The notes under the pieces are model-generated. The model was not told where the DNA came from, did not search any database, and saw only the letters and a list, made by a program, of their open reading frames with translations. 64,000 nucleotides of DNA from an uncultured Methanosarcinales archaeon (GTDB lineage Archaea; Nanobdellota; Nanobdellia; Woesearchaeales; JAGVZT01): contig CAYUHF010000003.1 of the NCBI GenBank assembly GCA_964444505.1, positions 28,189 through 92,188 of the forward strand, written 5' to 3'. Within the stretch, counting starts at the first letter, position 1, and every line of letters starts with the position of its first letter. Shown piece after piece: positions 1-8,201 of this stretch. The position numbers and the translations under genes are program-made.

Positions 1-1383
1 AGGGCAGTTTGTCTCCGACTCAGATGAGCACGGATCCTCTTCAGTGCAGGTTCCCTGTATTTTGAAAGGGTCTGACTGAGCTGCATCAGTGTCAGAACAG
101 CTGTCTGTACACTCTTCATAAACTGAACCCTGCACATTGTCTCCTGAGTCTACGCAAACACCACCACCGCAGGTGTAATCATCAAAAAAAGAGTAGATGT
201 TTCCTGTTGAGATTCCGCATCCGTAATCGTCAAAATGAATGCCGTCCTCGTCATTACAGTCATAAGTTTCCAATACGCAGGTATCTTCAGTAGTTCCGGC
301 ATCTGTATTTGAGCACACATAATACGGGTCAATCTGATCTCCCGAACATGAGTCAGTCCCTGAAGTCTGGGAGGACTGCAACAAGTTTATGTTGCACTCC
401 CAGTTGTAAGCTGTACATGAGGTACCTGCCTTTGTACACAAGTCTCCTCTTTCAGTAAGCATTTGTGTACATGTGTCATCTCCATCAGCATTCCCGTCAT
501 TTTCCTCGCAAACGTAATAATCAACAGTCAGGTCATCATCTCCAGTGCAGACATCGCTTCCTCCTGTTGTTGTTGAATCACACTGGCCCTGGTCACAGAA
601 GTTGTCTGTTGCTGAGCAGGATCCTCCTCCATAATTTGTCCCGGTATCAGAGCAAGTGTCTGCAGGACAATCAGAATCTTCTGTACAACAGAGATTTCCT
701 CCTGGCCCTGGTTCCCCAAGACAGTCCTCGTCTGCACAATCAACATCACCATCACAGTCATTATCAACCCCGTCACCACATGTAACTTCGTTTGGAAGTT
801 CTGCGCCACAGAGTGCAGAACATACAGGATCGGGCTCAGTAATAGAACAGTCAGGAGTGCAGTCGGTGCACTCACAGCTACCCATGTCACAAGTGTTGCT
901 GCATGTATCAGAAACAGTCTCTGAACCCATATCTCCCTGTACACCATAATCCACAAGATAAGCACCATCACAATAATCAACATAAGTCTCGCTGCAGCTT
1001 TCTGTCCCGCAGTCATCATCTGCATCACACTGTGCCTCACACCTTCCAGCATCTGAAGTTGAAGGAGCACCATCATAATAAGGGTCAGTATTATCTGAAC
1101 AAACACTCTGGTAAACGCATGTTGCATCACAGATTCCTTCTGCAGTACATGTTCCCTGTACTAAAGGAGCCCAGTCCCAGGTATTCATGTCTCCATCAAT
1201 ATCACATCTGTCAGGACAGTCATAGGTACAGGTCTCACCAGTACAATCAGAATCAGCACAGTCAATGTCACCATCTCCGTCGTCATCAACAAAGTTTGCA
1301 CAATTTTCCTGGACTTGAGCAAACACAAAACCAGCCGCAAATACAAATACTATTAATAAGAAAACTAACTTACTCCACCTCAT
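1..1383 (-). CDS. Secreted cysteine-rich surface protein, partial (the C-terminus lies beyond the window edge)
   Basis: Own reverse translation from an ATG at 1383 gives MRWSKLVFLLIVFVFAAGFVFAQVQENCANFVDDDGDGDIDCADSDC..., i.e. a signal peptide followed by D-rich Ca-binding-like and Cys-rich sequence. A GAGGTGG SD lies 5 nt upstream. The ORF is open to position 1. It is absent from the ORF track only because there is no stop codon in the window. Confidence 0.7.
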   Translation of the reverse strand, partial: MRWSKLVFLLIVFVFAAGFVFAQVQENCANFVDDDGDGDIDCADSDCTGETCTYDCPDRCDIDGDMNTWDWAPLVQGTCTAEGICDATCVYQSVCSDNTDPYYDGAPSTSDAGRCEAQCDADDDCGTESCSETYVDYCDGAYLVDYGVQGDMGSETVSDTCSNTCDMGSCECTDCTPDCSITEPDPVCSALCGAELPNEVTCGDGVDNDCDGDVDCADEDCLGEPGPGGNLCCTEDSDCPADTCSDTGTNYGGGSCSATDNFCDQGQCDSTTTGGSDVCTGDDDLTVDYYVCEENDGNADGDDTCTQMLTERGDLCTKAGTSCTAYNWECNINLLQSSQTSGTDSCSGDQIDPYYVCSNTDAGTTEDTCVLETYDCNDEDGIHFDDYGCGISTGNIYSFFDDYTCGGGVCVDSGDNVQGSVYEECTDSCSDTDAAQSDPFKIQGTCTEEDPCSSESETNCP

Positions 1384-1523
1384 ATCAGCCACCTCTTTTT
1401 TAAATGGTAATATAACTTGTATGCTGATTTAATAAGTTTACTTATAAATTTTTCTACTCTAAGATAATCCTGACAGTAGATGACTACCAAGTCATTACAA
1501 AAATGGTTGAAGGAAGTAGTAAA

Positions 1524-2597
1524 TCAGCTGTACACTTCCTGGCCATTTGAGGCATATGGTTCTGTTGGCAGGCTTGATGTTTCTGCTCCTGAAAAGTCAT
1601 CAAATCTTGTACAGGTGCATGAGTTTCCCATCCTGCTTGAGACAACACACGGCTTGCTGTTCCAGACAACAACACAGTTTCCATATGGGTCTGTCAGCCT
1701 GCATGAAGGACAAAAGCTTATTGATGTTGTGTATTGTTTATGGTAGCCTTCTAGCTCTCCATCCTGGTCCACGTCCATTGCAAGCCATGAAGAGTACAAT
1801 GGGTAGTTTTCCGATTCCCCGTTTGTCCTGAATACAACTGTTTTTTCCTGGCATTCACCATTACTGCACTTGTAGCTGCATGTCTCAACTAATATTGGTT
1901 GTGTAGTCTGTGTGCACTCTGCATTGAGTGTTCGGGGATTTATGCAGGTGTGGATTGTTTTCTGCCTGTAGATTGAGTTTTGGTCACAGTATGCTTCGCC
2001 CACCCATTCATCTGTCCCGCACTGTGTGTTGTTTGTGCATGCATATTCCTCGCAGGATCCGTCTGTGCAGTAGCCCTCACAGCAGTCAACTGTTTTTTTT
2101 ACTGATTGTTTTTCGCAGTATGATTCTGCTGTTCCCGGATTTCTGCATGTGTAGTTTGAAAAGTCCTGGAATACCTGTTTTTGAACAGCACAGTATGTCT
2201 CATTATTGCATTCACACATGGGTGCTTGTGAACAATAGGAGTCATCTACTTTGTAGAGACCTTCATTAACACAGATTGTGCAGCATTCAGAACTGCATGT
2301 GAAAAACTGCAGTGTCTGTCCTTGTCTTAAGCAGATATATTGATAGTCTCTTTCAGATGCGCAGTAGGGTTGTTGTGGTTCAATACAGTCTGAATCTGTA
2401 CTGCATTCAGGTTGTTTCCATATTTCTATTGCTTCAAGAAGAATTGGCATTGAGACAATATTGTTTTTCCAGTCATCAACACACTCAATAACCTCCTGCA
2501 TAGTAATGGAGTTATCTGAATTGTAATCACACTCATTAGATAGTGCAGAGGGAAGAATAACTAGAAACATTGCAATAAAAAAAACTCTCTTTTTCAA
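1524..2597 (-). CDS. Secreted cysteine-rich protein (357 aa) with the conserved ~105-aa C-terminal NGQEVY domain
   Basis: Signal peptide MKKRVFFIAMFLVILPSALS. A probable TTG start is preceded by a GGGGGT SD. The protein has ~40 Cys and shares its C-terminal block VFRTNGESENYPLYSSWLAMDVDQDGELEGY...PTEPYASNGQEVYS with the genes at 2830 and 5965. It carries a WK motif (DDWKNNIVSMPILLEAIEIWK) just after the signal peptide. Confidence 0.75.
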   Translation of the reverse strand: MKKRVFFIAMFLVILPSALSNECDYNSDNSITMQEVIECVDDWKNNIVSMPILLEAIEIWKQPECSTDSDCIEPQQPYCASERDYQYICLRQGQTLQFFTCSSECCTICVNEGLYKVDDSYCSQAPMCECNNETYCAVQKQVFQDFSNYTCRNPGTAESYCEKQSVKKTVDCCEGYCTDGSCEEYACTNNTQCGTDEWVGEAYCDQNSIYRQKTIHTCINPRTLNAECTQTTQPILVETCSYKCSNGECQEKTVVFRTNGESENYPLYSSWLAMDVDQDGELEGYHKQYTTSISFCPSCRLTDPYGNCVVVWNSKPCVVSSRMGNSCTCTRFDDFSGAETSSLPTEPYASNGQEVYS

Positions 2598-2717
2598 TAT
2601 ATGACCCCCAAATTAGAACTGATTTACTATGTTATATATTTTTTGGGTTTAGAATATTTATATTTGGGTCTTTTGTGCAGTTTACAATAAATGAGATATG
2701 ATTTTTACCTCCTCCAT

Positions 2718-2777
2718 GGCACAGACGGCCATTTGCGCATAGCCTATTCCATTGCTTCGCAACTCCATCTGGCCAGG
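2718..2777 (+). repeat. 60-nt dispersed repeat (copy A), a relic of an HTH-MNT gene 5' end
   Basis: The sequence ggcacagacggccatttgcgcatagcctattccattgcttcgcaactccatctggccagg is about 90% identical to the reverse complement of 13341-13401. It lies in a spacer between two minus-strand genes. The spurious ORF 2691..3140 runs through it. Confidence 0.6.
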
Positions 2778-2829
2778 AGGCAAAAATCTCTGAATAATGA
2801 TAATTTTGTAGTAATATCAAAAAAAAAAT

Positions 2830-4482
2830 TTAGCCATAGACTTCCTGGCCGTTGGATGCGTATGGTTCTGTTGGACTTGTACTTGTTTCTGCTCCCCCAT
2901 ATGAATCAAACCTCTGGCAAGTGCATCCATATCCAAATCTGCTTGTCACCACACAAGGATCTCTATTCCAGACAACCACACAATTCCCGTAAGGGTCTGT
3001 TAATTTGCATGAAGGGCAGAAGCTTATTGAAGTGCTGTACTTCTTCTCATAACCCTCCAAATCTCCATCATCATCAACATCCATGGCAAGCCAAGAGCTT
3101 GAGTATAGTGGGTAATTCTTGCTCTGACCGTTTGTCCTGAAGATTACTTCATCCGGAGGATGTCCTACACACGCTCCATCAACACATTCAAAGTCACATG
3201 TTTCAACTTCTTCCACAGTTTCAGTATATTGACATGAGGCTTCAACTGTGTCTGGTTTATCACAATAATAGTCTCTATAATTATTGTTAACAGCATTTCC
3301 CACACAATACCTGCCTGTATAGGTGTCCTTAGGGCAGTCTGAATCTGAAGTACAATCCACAGGGAGGCATAGGCCATCGCTACATTTGGTATCTGTTGGA
3401 CAGTCATATTCTATTATGTCATAATAACCATCACCCTGAATCTCACAATTCCATCTTGTACTGGGATTAGTACAACCTTTATCCCCAGCATTACACTCGT
3501 CTTCAATAACACACTCCCCATTAACACATTCCTTCCCTGGGGGACAGGGTACAACTGTACTCCATTCAAGACATGTGTCATCGTCATAATCACCACAAGT
3601 GATATATCCATCACCAGAACATTCTCTCTCACCTACAGGAAAACACCCGTCTATGCAAGGCGGTGTATCTTCTTCACATTCAGATTGTATTGAATCACAA
3701 ATGTCATCATGTTGCCAAAAGAAAAGCCATTGTTTTAGTGCATTTATCTCTGTAACTAGACCAGTAACTGAAGATTCCATATCTGATCTCCAACCTTCCA
3801 ATGATGATATGCTATCCTCAATGTCATTTACTATCTCCTGGATATCTGATTTCCACGTTTGAAGAGAGGCTAGCTGGTTCCCCTGGGCTGTGTTCTCCGT
3901 TTCAACATCGGTAATCCTTCTAGATATGTCAGTGATATCAGTTTCTGAATATTGTCCCTTTCCTTCGATATATGATGCTGGACCATCCAAGTCGTATATT
4001 GCATGACCAGATACATAGTCAAGATATAACTTGATATTTAGTATCATATCTAAGTATTTATCATCAACACAATTCGTACAATGCATATAGGAACTACCAG
4101 TCAAATATACTTTTTTATCTGAAGAAAATGCGATGTTGTCGACGTGAAGTGTACCTGTAAAATAACCTTCGTATACGAACCCACTTTGTTCTGGAGTAAA
4201 ACTAACTGCTCCTGCAAAGGCATCTTCTTTTTCATTAAAATAGGATGTAGATAAACAGACCTCTGCATTTTGCATACTTGCAGTCTCTGAATCGTAATAT
4301 TCTGTTGAAAAACAAGTACTCATATAGTCTCCCGTAAAAAAAACATCTTGCTCCGTCGAAATATCGCTCCAGTCATACATTTCTATACTCTCATCACTCA
4401 TAGGAGAGGCCATAATTGTAGATGGAAAGAAACAGAACACACTAAGAAACATAATTACCAAAGAAAAAACTCTTTTGTTCAT
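2830..4482 (-). CDS. Secreted protein (550 aa) with an N-terminal non-Cys domain, a W-rich helical segment, Cys-rich repeats and the conserved C-terminal NGQEVYG domain
   Basis: The start was trimmed to the ATG at 4482 (MNKRVFSLVIMFLSVFCFFPSTIMA signal peptide, GGGGGTG SD 7 nt upstream). The C-terminal 105 aa are near-identical to the 5965 gene. The last ~50 nt are nearly identical at DNA level to 5965-6015. Confidence 0.8.
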   Translation of the reverse strand: MNKRVFSLVIMFLSVFCFFPSTIMASPMSDESIEMYDWSDISTEQDVFFTGDYMSTCFSTEYYDSETASMQNAEVCLSTSYFNEKEDAFAGAVSFTPEQSGFVYEGYFTGTLHVDNIAFSSDKKVYLTGSSYMHCTNCVDDKYLDMILNIKLYLDYVSGHAIYDLDGPASYIEGKGQYSETDITDISRRITDVETENTAQGNQLASLQTWKSDIQEIVNDIEDSISSLEGWRSDMESSVTGLVTEINALKQWLFFWQHDDICDSIQSECEEDTPPCIDGCFPVGERECSGDGYITCGDYDDDTCLEWSTVVPCPPGKECVNGECVIEDECNAGDKGCTNPSTRWNCEIQGDGYYDIIEYDCPTDTKCSDGLCLPVDCTSDSDCPKDTYTGRYCVGNAVNNNYRDYYCDKPDTVEASCQYTETVEEVETCDFECVDGACVGHPPDEVIFRTNGQSKNYPLYSSSWLAMDVDDDGDLEGYEKKYSTSISFCPSCKLTDPYGNCVVVWNRDPCVVTSRFGYGCTCQRFDSYGGAETSTSPTEPYASNGQEVYG

Positions 4483-4604
4483 AATCAACACCCCCAAAAT
4501 CTTTAATGATAAAAAAATATATATCTTTTTCCCTGTCACAATCTGATTAGGGACAACACAGATATTCAAGAAATTTTAAATACTCTTGTTTGTGGATTCA
4601 AGAT

Positions 4605-5795
4605 ATGACACACTATCTGATTGAGTTCAGATTCCAAGGAAAAGCTAAACATGAAATCAGAGAATTAGTCTATGATATAAGGAATAGATTCAATCTTCGT
4701 GGTAAGAGAGCAGTTCCCCATATAACCTTGGCAGGACCTTTAAGTACTAATGATGAAAAAAGATTAATTGGTGAATTAAATAGGCTATGCGGCAAATCTC
4801 CCCTTATGAGTTTCCAGGTTGAAGGTTTCAGTGTTTTCAAGGAAACTGGTGTTGTATTCCTTGATATTAAGCCAAGTGAAGAATTAAAGGAGTTTCGCTG
4901 GAAACTATCAAGAAAATTACAGTCATATTGTGAGTTGAGCAAATACGATTACGATAAAAATTTTGATTTCCATGCTACAATTGCTATGAAACTGCCAGAT
5001 AGAAAGCTTGAACAAATATCCAAATATCTAGAAGAAAAACACAAAGTTGGTTTTCGTCATATCCTGATCAGGGCAACAATAATTAAAAACAAGAAGATAT
5101 TGAGAGAATACGATTTTTTCCTTAGAAGGCCTCTTACGAGAAAGCTCGCATTAAACAGAAGAGTAAAGGCAAAAACCTTTTCTCTATTGGAAGCATATTT
5201 CATTGGCAGATTTAACCCAGATGAGTTTTTTGGTAGATTTAGCTTTAGGATAAAGAAGAAAAAAGCAATAGATAAGTTAATTGATATGTTCAGAAAACCC
5301 AAGATATTTATTACATCAGATCTGCATATGGATCACAAGAACATTATGAAATACTGTGTTAGACCTTTCTTAGCCGTGGAGGATATGAATCGTACTCTTG
5401 TAAACAACTGGAACAACACAGTAAGCAAAAAAGACACAGTGTACTTTCTGGGGGACTTAGCGTTCGGCAGAGGTAGCCGATCAACAGACTATTGGATGAA
5501 AAAGTTGAATGGTAAGATTGTTTTCCTTAAAGGCAACCATGATAAATCATCTAAGATAAAGTTTCATGACAATTACACTCTTGAATATCGTGGGTACAAA
5601 TTCTTTCTTACTCATGAACCCGAAAGCATTCCTGAAGAGTGGGATGGATGGGCTATCTGTGGGCATCATCACAATAACAAAATGGATGAATATCCTTTTT
5701 TTGATAGGGAAAATAGAAGATTCAATGTTTCAACAGAGTTGACTAAATTCTGTCCCATTGAGATGGATGATCTAATAAGACAGATTCAAGAGTGA
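4605..5795 (+). CDS. Two-domain phosphoesterase: N-terminal 2H (LigT-like, two HxTx motifs) fused to a C-terminal calcineurin-like metallophosphoesterase
   Basis: The 2H motifs are PHITLAG and FHATIAM. The MPP motifs are DLHMDH, GDLAFGRG, GNHD, THEPE and GHHH. The ATG at 4605 is preferred over the TTG at 4590. It is the only plus-strand gene inside the minus-strand island. Confidence 0.7.
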   Translation: MTHYLIEFRFQGKAKHEIRELVYDIRNRFNLRGKRAVPHITLAGPLSTNDEKRLIGELNRLCGKSPLMSFQVEGFSVFKETGVVFLDIKPSEELKEFRWKLSRKLQSYCELSKYDYDKNFDFHATIAMKLPDRKLEQISKYLEEKHKVGFRHILIRATIIKNKKILREYDFFLRRPLTRKLALNRRVKAKTFSLLEAYFIGRFNPDEFFGRFSFRIKKKKAIDKLIDMFRKPKIFITSDLHMDHKNIMKYCVRPFLAVEDMNRTLVNNWNNTVSKKDTVYFLGDLAFGRGSRSTDYWMKKLNGKIVFLKGNHDKSSKIKFHDNYTLEYRGYKFFLTHEPESIPEEWDGWAICGHHHNNKMDEYPFFDRENRRFNVSTELTKFCPIEMDDLIRQIQE

Positions 5796-5964
5796 TTTAG
5801 TTAATTAGAAAATAGACTTTTTTTATAAATCAAGTCCTTACAAGGCACTAAATTTACTGATAATAAAAGAAATCTCTGATTGCGTATTCTCATCAACAAA
5901 TTTGAATAAGAAAAGAAAAATATCTCAGCATACCAATCAGCCGACTCTTCAAATGATGAAAAGT

Positions 5965-7464
5965 CTAGCCATAGACTTCCTGGCCGTTGGAAGCGTATGG
6001 TTCTGTTGGACTGCTGGATGTTTCTGCTCCCCAATAATCTGTGAATCTTGAGCATGAGCATGAATATCCCATCCTGCTTGTTACAACACATGGGTCTCCG
6101 TTCCACACAATCACACAGTTTCCGTACGGGTCTGTCAGCCTGCATGATGGACAGAAGCTTATTGAAGTGCTGTATTTTTTCTGGTAGCCTTCCAATTCTC
6201 CGTTTCCATCTACGTCCATTGCCAGCCATGTTCCTGAATACAATGGATAATTTGCTGACTGGCCGTTTGTCCTGAAGATGACTGACTGTGATGTGTCGCA
6301 TTGTCCGTCAACACAATCTCCAGCGCATGTCTCTACCAGGACAGGATCTACACTGTCTGAACATGATGAATCCAGTGTTCCTGGATTTGAACATGTGTAT
6401 GTTCTCTGGTCTCTGTAGACGGCATTCCCGTCACAGTAATTTTCTGTGACCCATTCATCTGTTCCGCAGTCTGAGTCCTGTGTGCAGGTGAATGACTGGC
6501 ACTCACCGTCAACACATGCATCATTGCAGGTCATTATTGTTTCATCTGTGTCTGTGTATTCACATGCAGCAGATGGTGTTCCTGCGTTCTCGCAGGAATA
6601 ATCCCTGTAAGTGTCATGCACTTCAGCCCCGTCACAGTATCTTCCAAGATACCTGTCTGAAGGACAGTCTGAGTCTGAGTTGCAGCTCACTGCAACACAT
6701 TCTCCATCAAGGCATGCTTCTGCACAGTCTTCGACTAGTTCGTCTGTGTCTGTGTACTCGCATGATGACTGGAGTGTTCCTGGATTTGAACAATAATAAT
6801 CTCTTTGTGTATTGTAGACATCATTGTTCTGGCAGAACTCGCCAAGATAGGTGTCTGACAAACAATCTGAATCTGATTCACAGGCAACTCCTGAGCATGA
6901 GCCTGCTGCATCACACAAGTTTGAGTGTGATGAGAAACCAAGCCAGTCTTTTATTGCCTGGATTGTGTTATCAACAGTGGTCTTCCACTGCATCAGTAAA
7001 GATAAGTCCTGTTCTGCTGTTGTTTTCCAGTCTTCGAGTGCTGCAAGTCTTTCTTCAACATCTCCTGTCGGCTGGCAGTCAGCAACTGTTACATCTGTCA
7101 ATCCTCCAACATCTGTCTCACTCCCTCCTGAAAAACCATAGGTTCCTGAAAAAGAGGATGTGCCTGTTGACATTGGTGCCTGGACTGTATAAGTATGAGT
7201 TGTGTCCTCTGCTCCTGAGAGGATTGTCCAGAATATGTGTGGTGGATTTGTGGTTGAATCTCCGCCCCCGCTGTTCGTGACAGTAAATCCTGCCGGAACA
7301 ACTTCATCTATTAAATATGAAGATTCTGTATTGACATCCACATTCAAAGTCACGTCAAACTCTTCTCCCATGCAGGGTGTCTGCGTGGAAAAAGTTCTTG
7401 ACACTGTTCCTGCAAAAACTGCAGGTATCATCATCAAAAACATCAGATAATAAATTTTTTTCAT
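5965..7464 (-). CDS. Secreted protein (499 aa) with an Ig/CARDB-like N-terminal domain, a WK helical motif, 4 DSDC...NPGT Cys repeats and the C-terminal NGQEVYG domain
   Basis: The start was trimmed to the ATG at 7464 (MKKIYYLMFLMMIPAVFA, GGGGGAT SD). The unit DSDC(x)YLG.YC.GN.VY..RDY.C.NPGT is repeated four times. The C-terminal block ends EPYASNGQEVYG. Confidence 0.8.
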   Translation of the reverse strand: MKKIYYLMFLMMIPAVFAGTVSRTFSTQTPCMGEEFDVTLNVDVNTESSYLIDEVVPAGFTVTNSGGGDSTTNPPHIFWTILSGAEDTTHTYTVQAPMSTGTSSFSGTYGFSGGSETDVGGLTDVTVADCQPTGDVEERLAALEDWKTTAEQDLSLLMQWKTTVDNTIQAIKDWLGFSSHSNLCDAAGSCSGVACESDSDCLSDTYLGEFCQNNDVYNTQRDYYCSNPGTLQSSCEYTDTDELVEDCAEACLDGECVAVSCNSDSDCPSDRYLGRYCDGAEVHDTYRDYSCENAGTPSAACEYTDTDETIMTCNDACVDGECQSFTCTQDSDCGTDEWVTENYCDGNAVYRDQRTYTCSNPGTLDSSCSDSVDPVLVETCAGDCVDGQCDTSQSVIFRTNGQSANYPLYSGTWLAMDVDGNGELEGYQKKYSTSISFCPSCRLTDPYGNCVIVWNGDPCVVTSRMGYSCSCSRFTDYWGAETSSSPTEPYASNGQEVYG

Positions 7465-8051
7465 ACTGATCCCCCTTTCCATAATGTTATTGCGTCAAGC
7501 AAATTATTCATGTCTGCCTGGCCTGACTTCCAGACATTGATATAATCAAGAACTTCATCCATCTCAACTGAACTGCTGCAGTCTGTGTCTGAAAAGTGTG
7601 CTTTTGTCTCGTCTACCTGGCCGTTGCAGTTGTTGTCTTTGCCGTCGCAAAGCTCTGGTGCGCCTGGATAGACTTCTGGGTCGTAATTGTCGCAGTCTGT
7701 TTCTGTGTAGCCGTCTGCATCATAATCTGTTTCGCATGCATCTCCTACACCGTTGTTGTTTGAGTCCTGCTGGTCACGGTTCCATGTGTTCGGGCAGTTG
7801 TCCTGGTAATCAGGAAAACCGTCCAGGTCTTCATCATGTTCTGTGCAGCTGCAGCCATAAGCATCATTGCAGTACTGTGGAAGAGTCCACATTCCATTGT
7901 CCTTGACACACATGTAGCAGCACTCGCTCTCACAGACATAATAGCCTGAAAGAATCTGGCCCTGATCCATGCATACCCAGTAGTTAGCTGATACACTTGC
8001 AGCTAACACCAAGAAAGCAATTAATCCTATCAACATTCTTTTTGTTTTCAT
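7461..8051 (-). CDS. Secreted Ca-binding-like protein with thrombospondin type-3-like repeats and a CxGxDNxCxG motif
   Basis: The start was trimmed to 8051 (MKTKRMLIGLIAFLVLAASVSA). DGFPDYQDNCPNTWNRDQQDSNNNGVGDACETDYDADG fits the TSP3 DxDxDG...DNCP...N.DQ.D consensus. ELCDGKDNNCNGQVDE resembles the MopE-type putative metal-binding motif. A C-terminal WK motif (LDYINVWKSGQADMNNLLDAITLWKGG) is present. There is a 4-nt overlap with the upstream gene. Confidence 0.7.
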   Translation of the reverse strand: MKTKRMLIGLIAFLVLAASVSANYWVCMDQGQILSGYYVCESECCYMCVKDNGMWTLPQYCNDAYGCSCTEHDEDLDGFPDYQDNCPNTWNRDQQDSNNNGVGDACETDYDADGYTETDCDNYDPEVYPGAPELCDGKDNNCNGQVDETKAHFSDTDCSSSVEMDEVLDYINVWKSGQADMNNLLDAITLWKGGSV

Positions 8052-8201
8052 TTTGAAGCATGATGTCACAGGCCCCCCGTATTGGTTTGGGGTGGAGAAC
8101 GATAATCATGTTAGTTCTCACATGGAGAGCCTGTGACTTTAATAATCGTGATGTTATTTAAGTGTTTTTAAAAAAGAAAAAAAAAATTAAAAAAGTTGTC
8201 C

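Noticed and set aside
465-1403. Plus-strand and alternate-frame ORFs of 60-200 aa that are rich in H, S, L and Q (465..785, 528..1130, 656..949, 903..1403)
   Set aside because: They overlap the minus-strand Cys-rich gene at 1..1383. Their composition is the expected shadow of TGY/GAY-rich coding sequence read in other frames. They have no SD and no plausible domains.
2691-3140. ORF 2691..3140 (+), 149 aa
   Set aside because: It runs antisense through the 3' end of gene 2830..4482. It begins in the MNT-derived 60-nt scar and has no SD. It is spurious.
4590-4604. TTG or GTG start extensions proposed by the ORF track (e.g. 4590, 17694, 23280, 63331, 26025, 45601)
   Set aside because: Internal ATG codons with GGAGG/GGGGG-type SD sequences 5-8 nt upstream and signal-peptide-like N-termini give better starts. 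The TTG starts at 2597 and 10974 were kept because no in-frame ATG is available.
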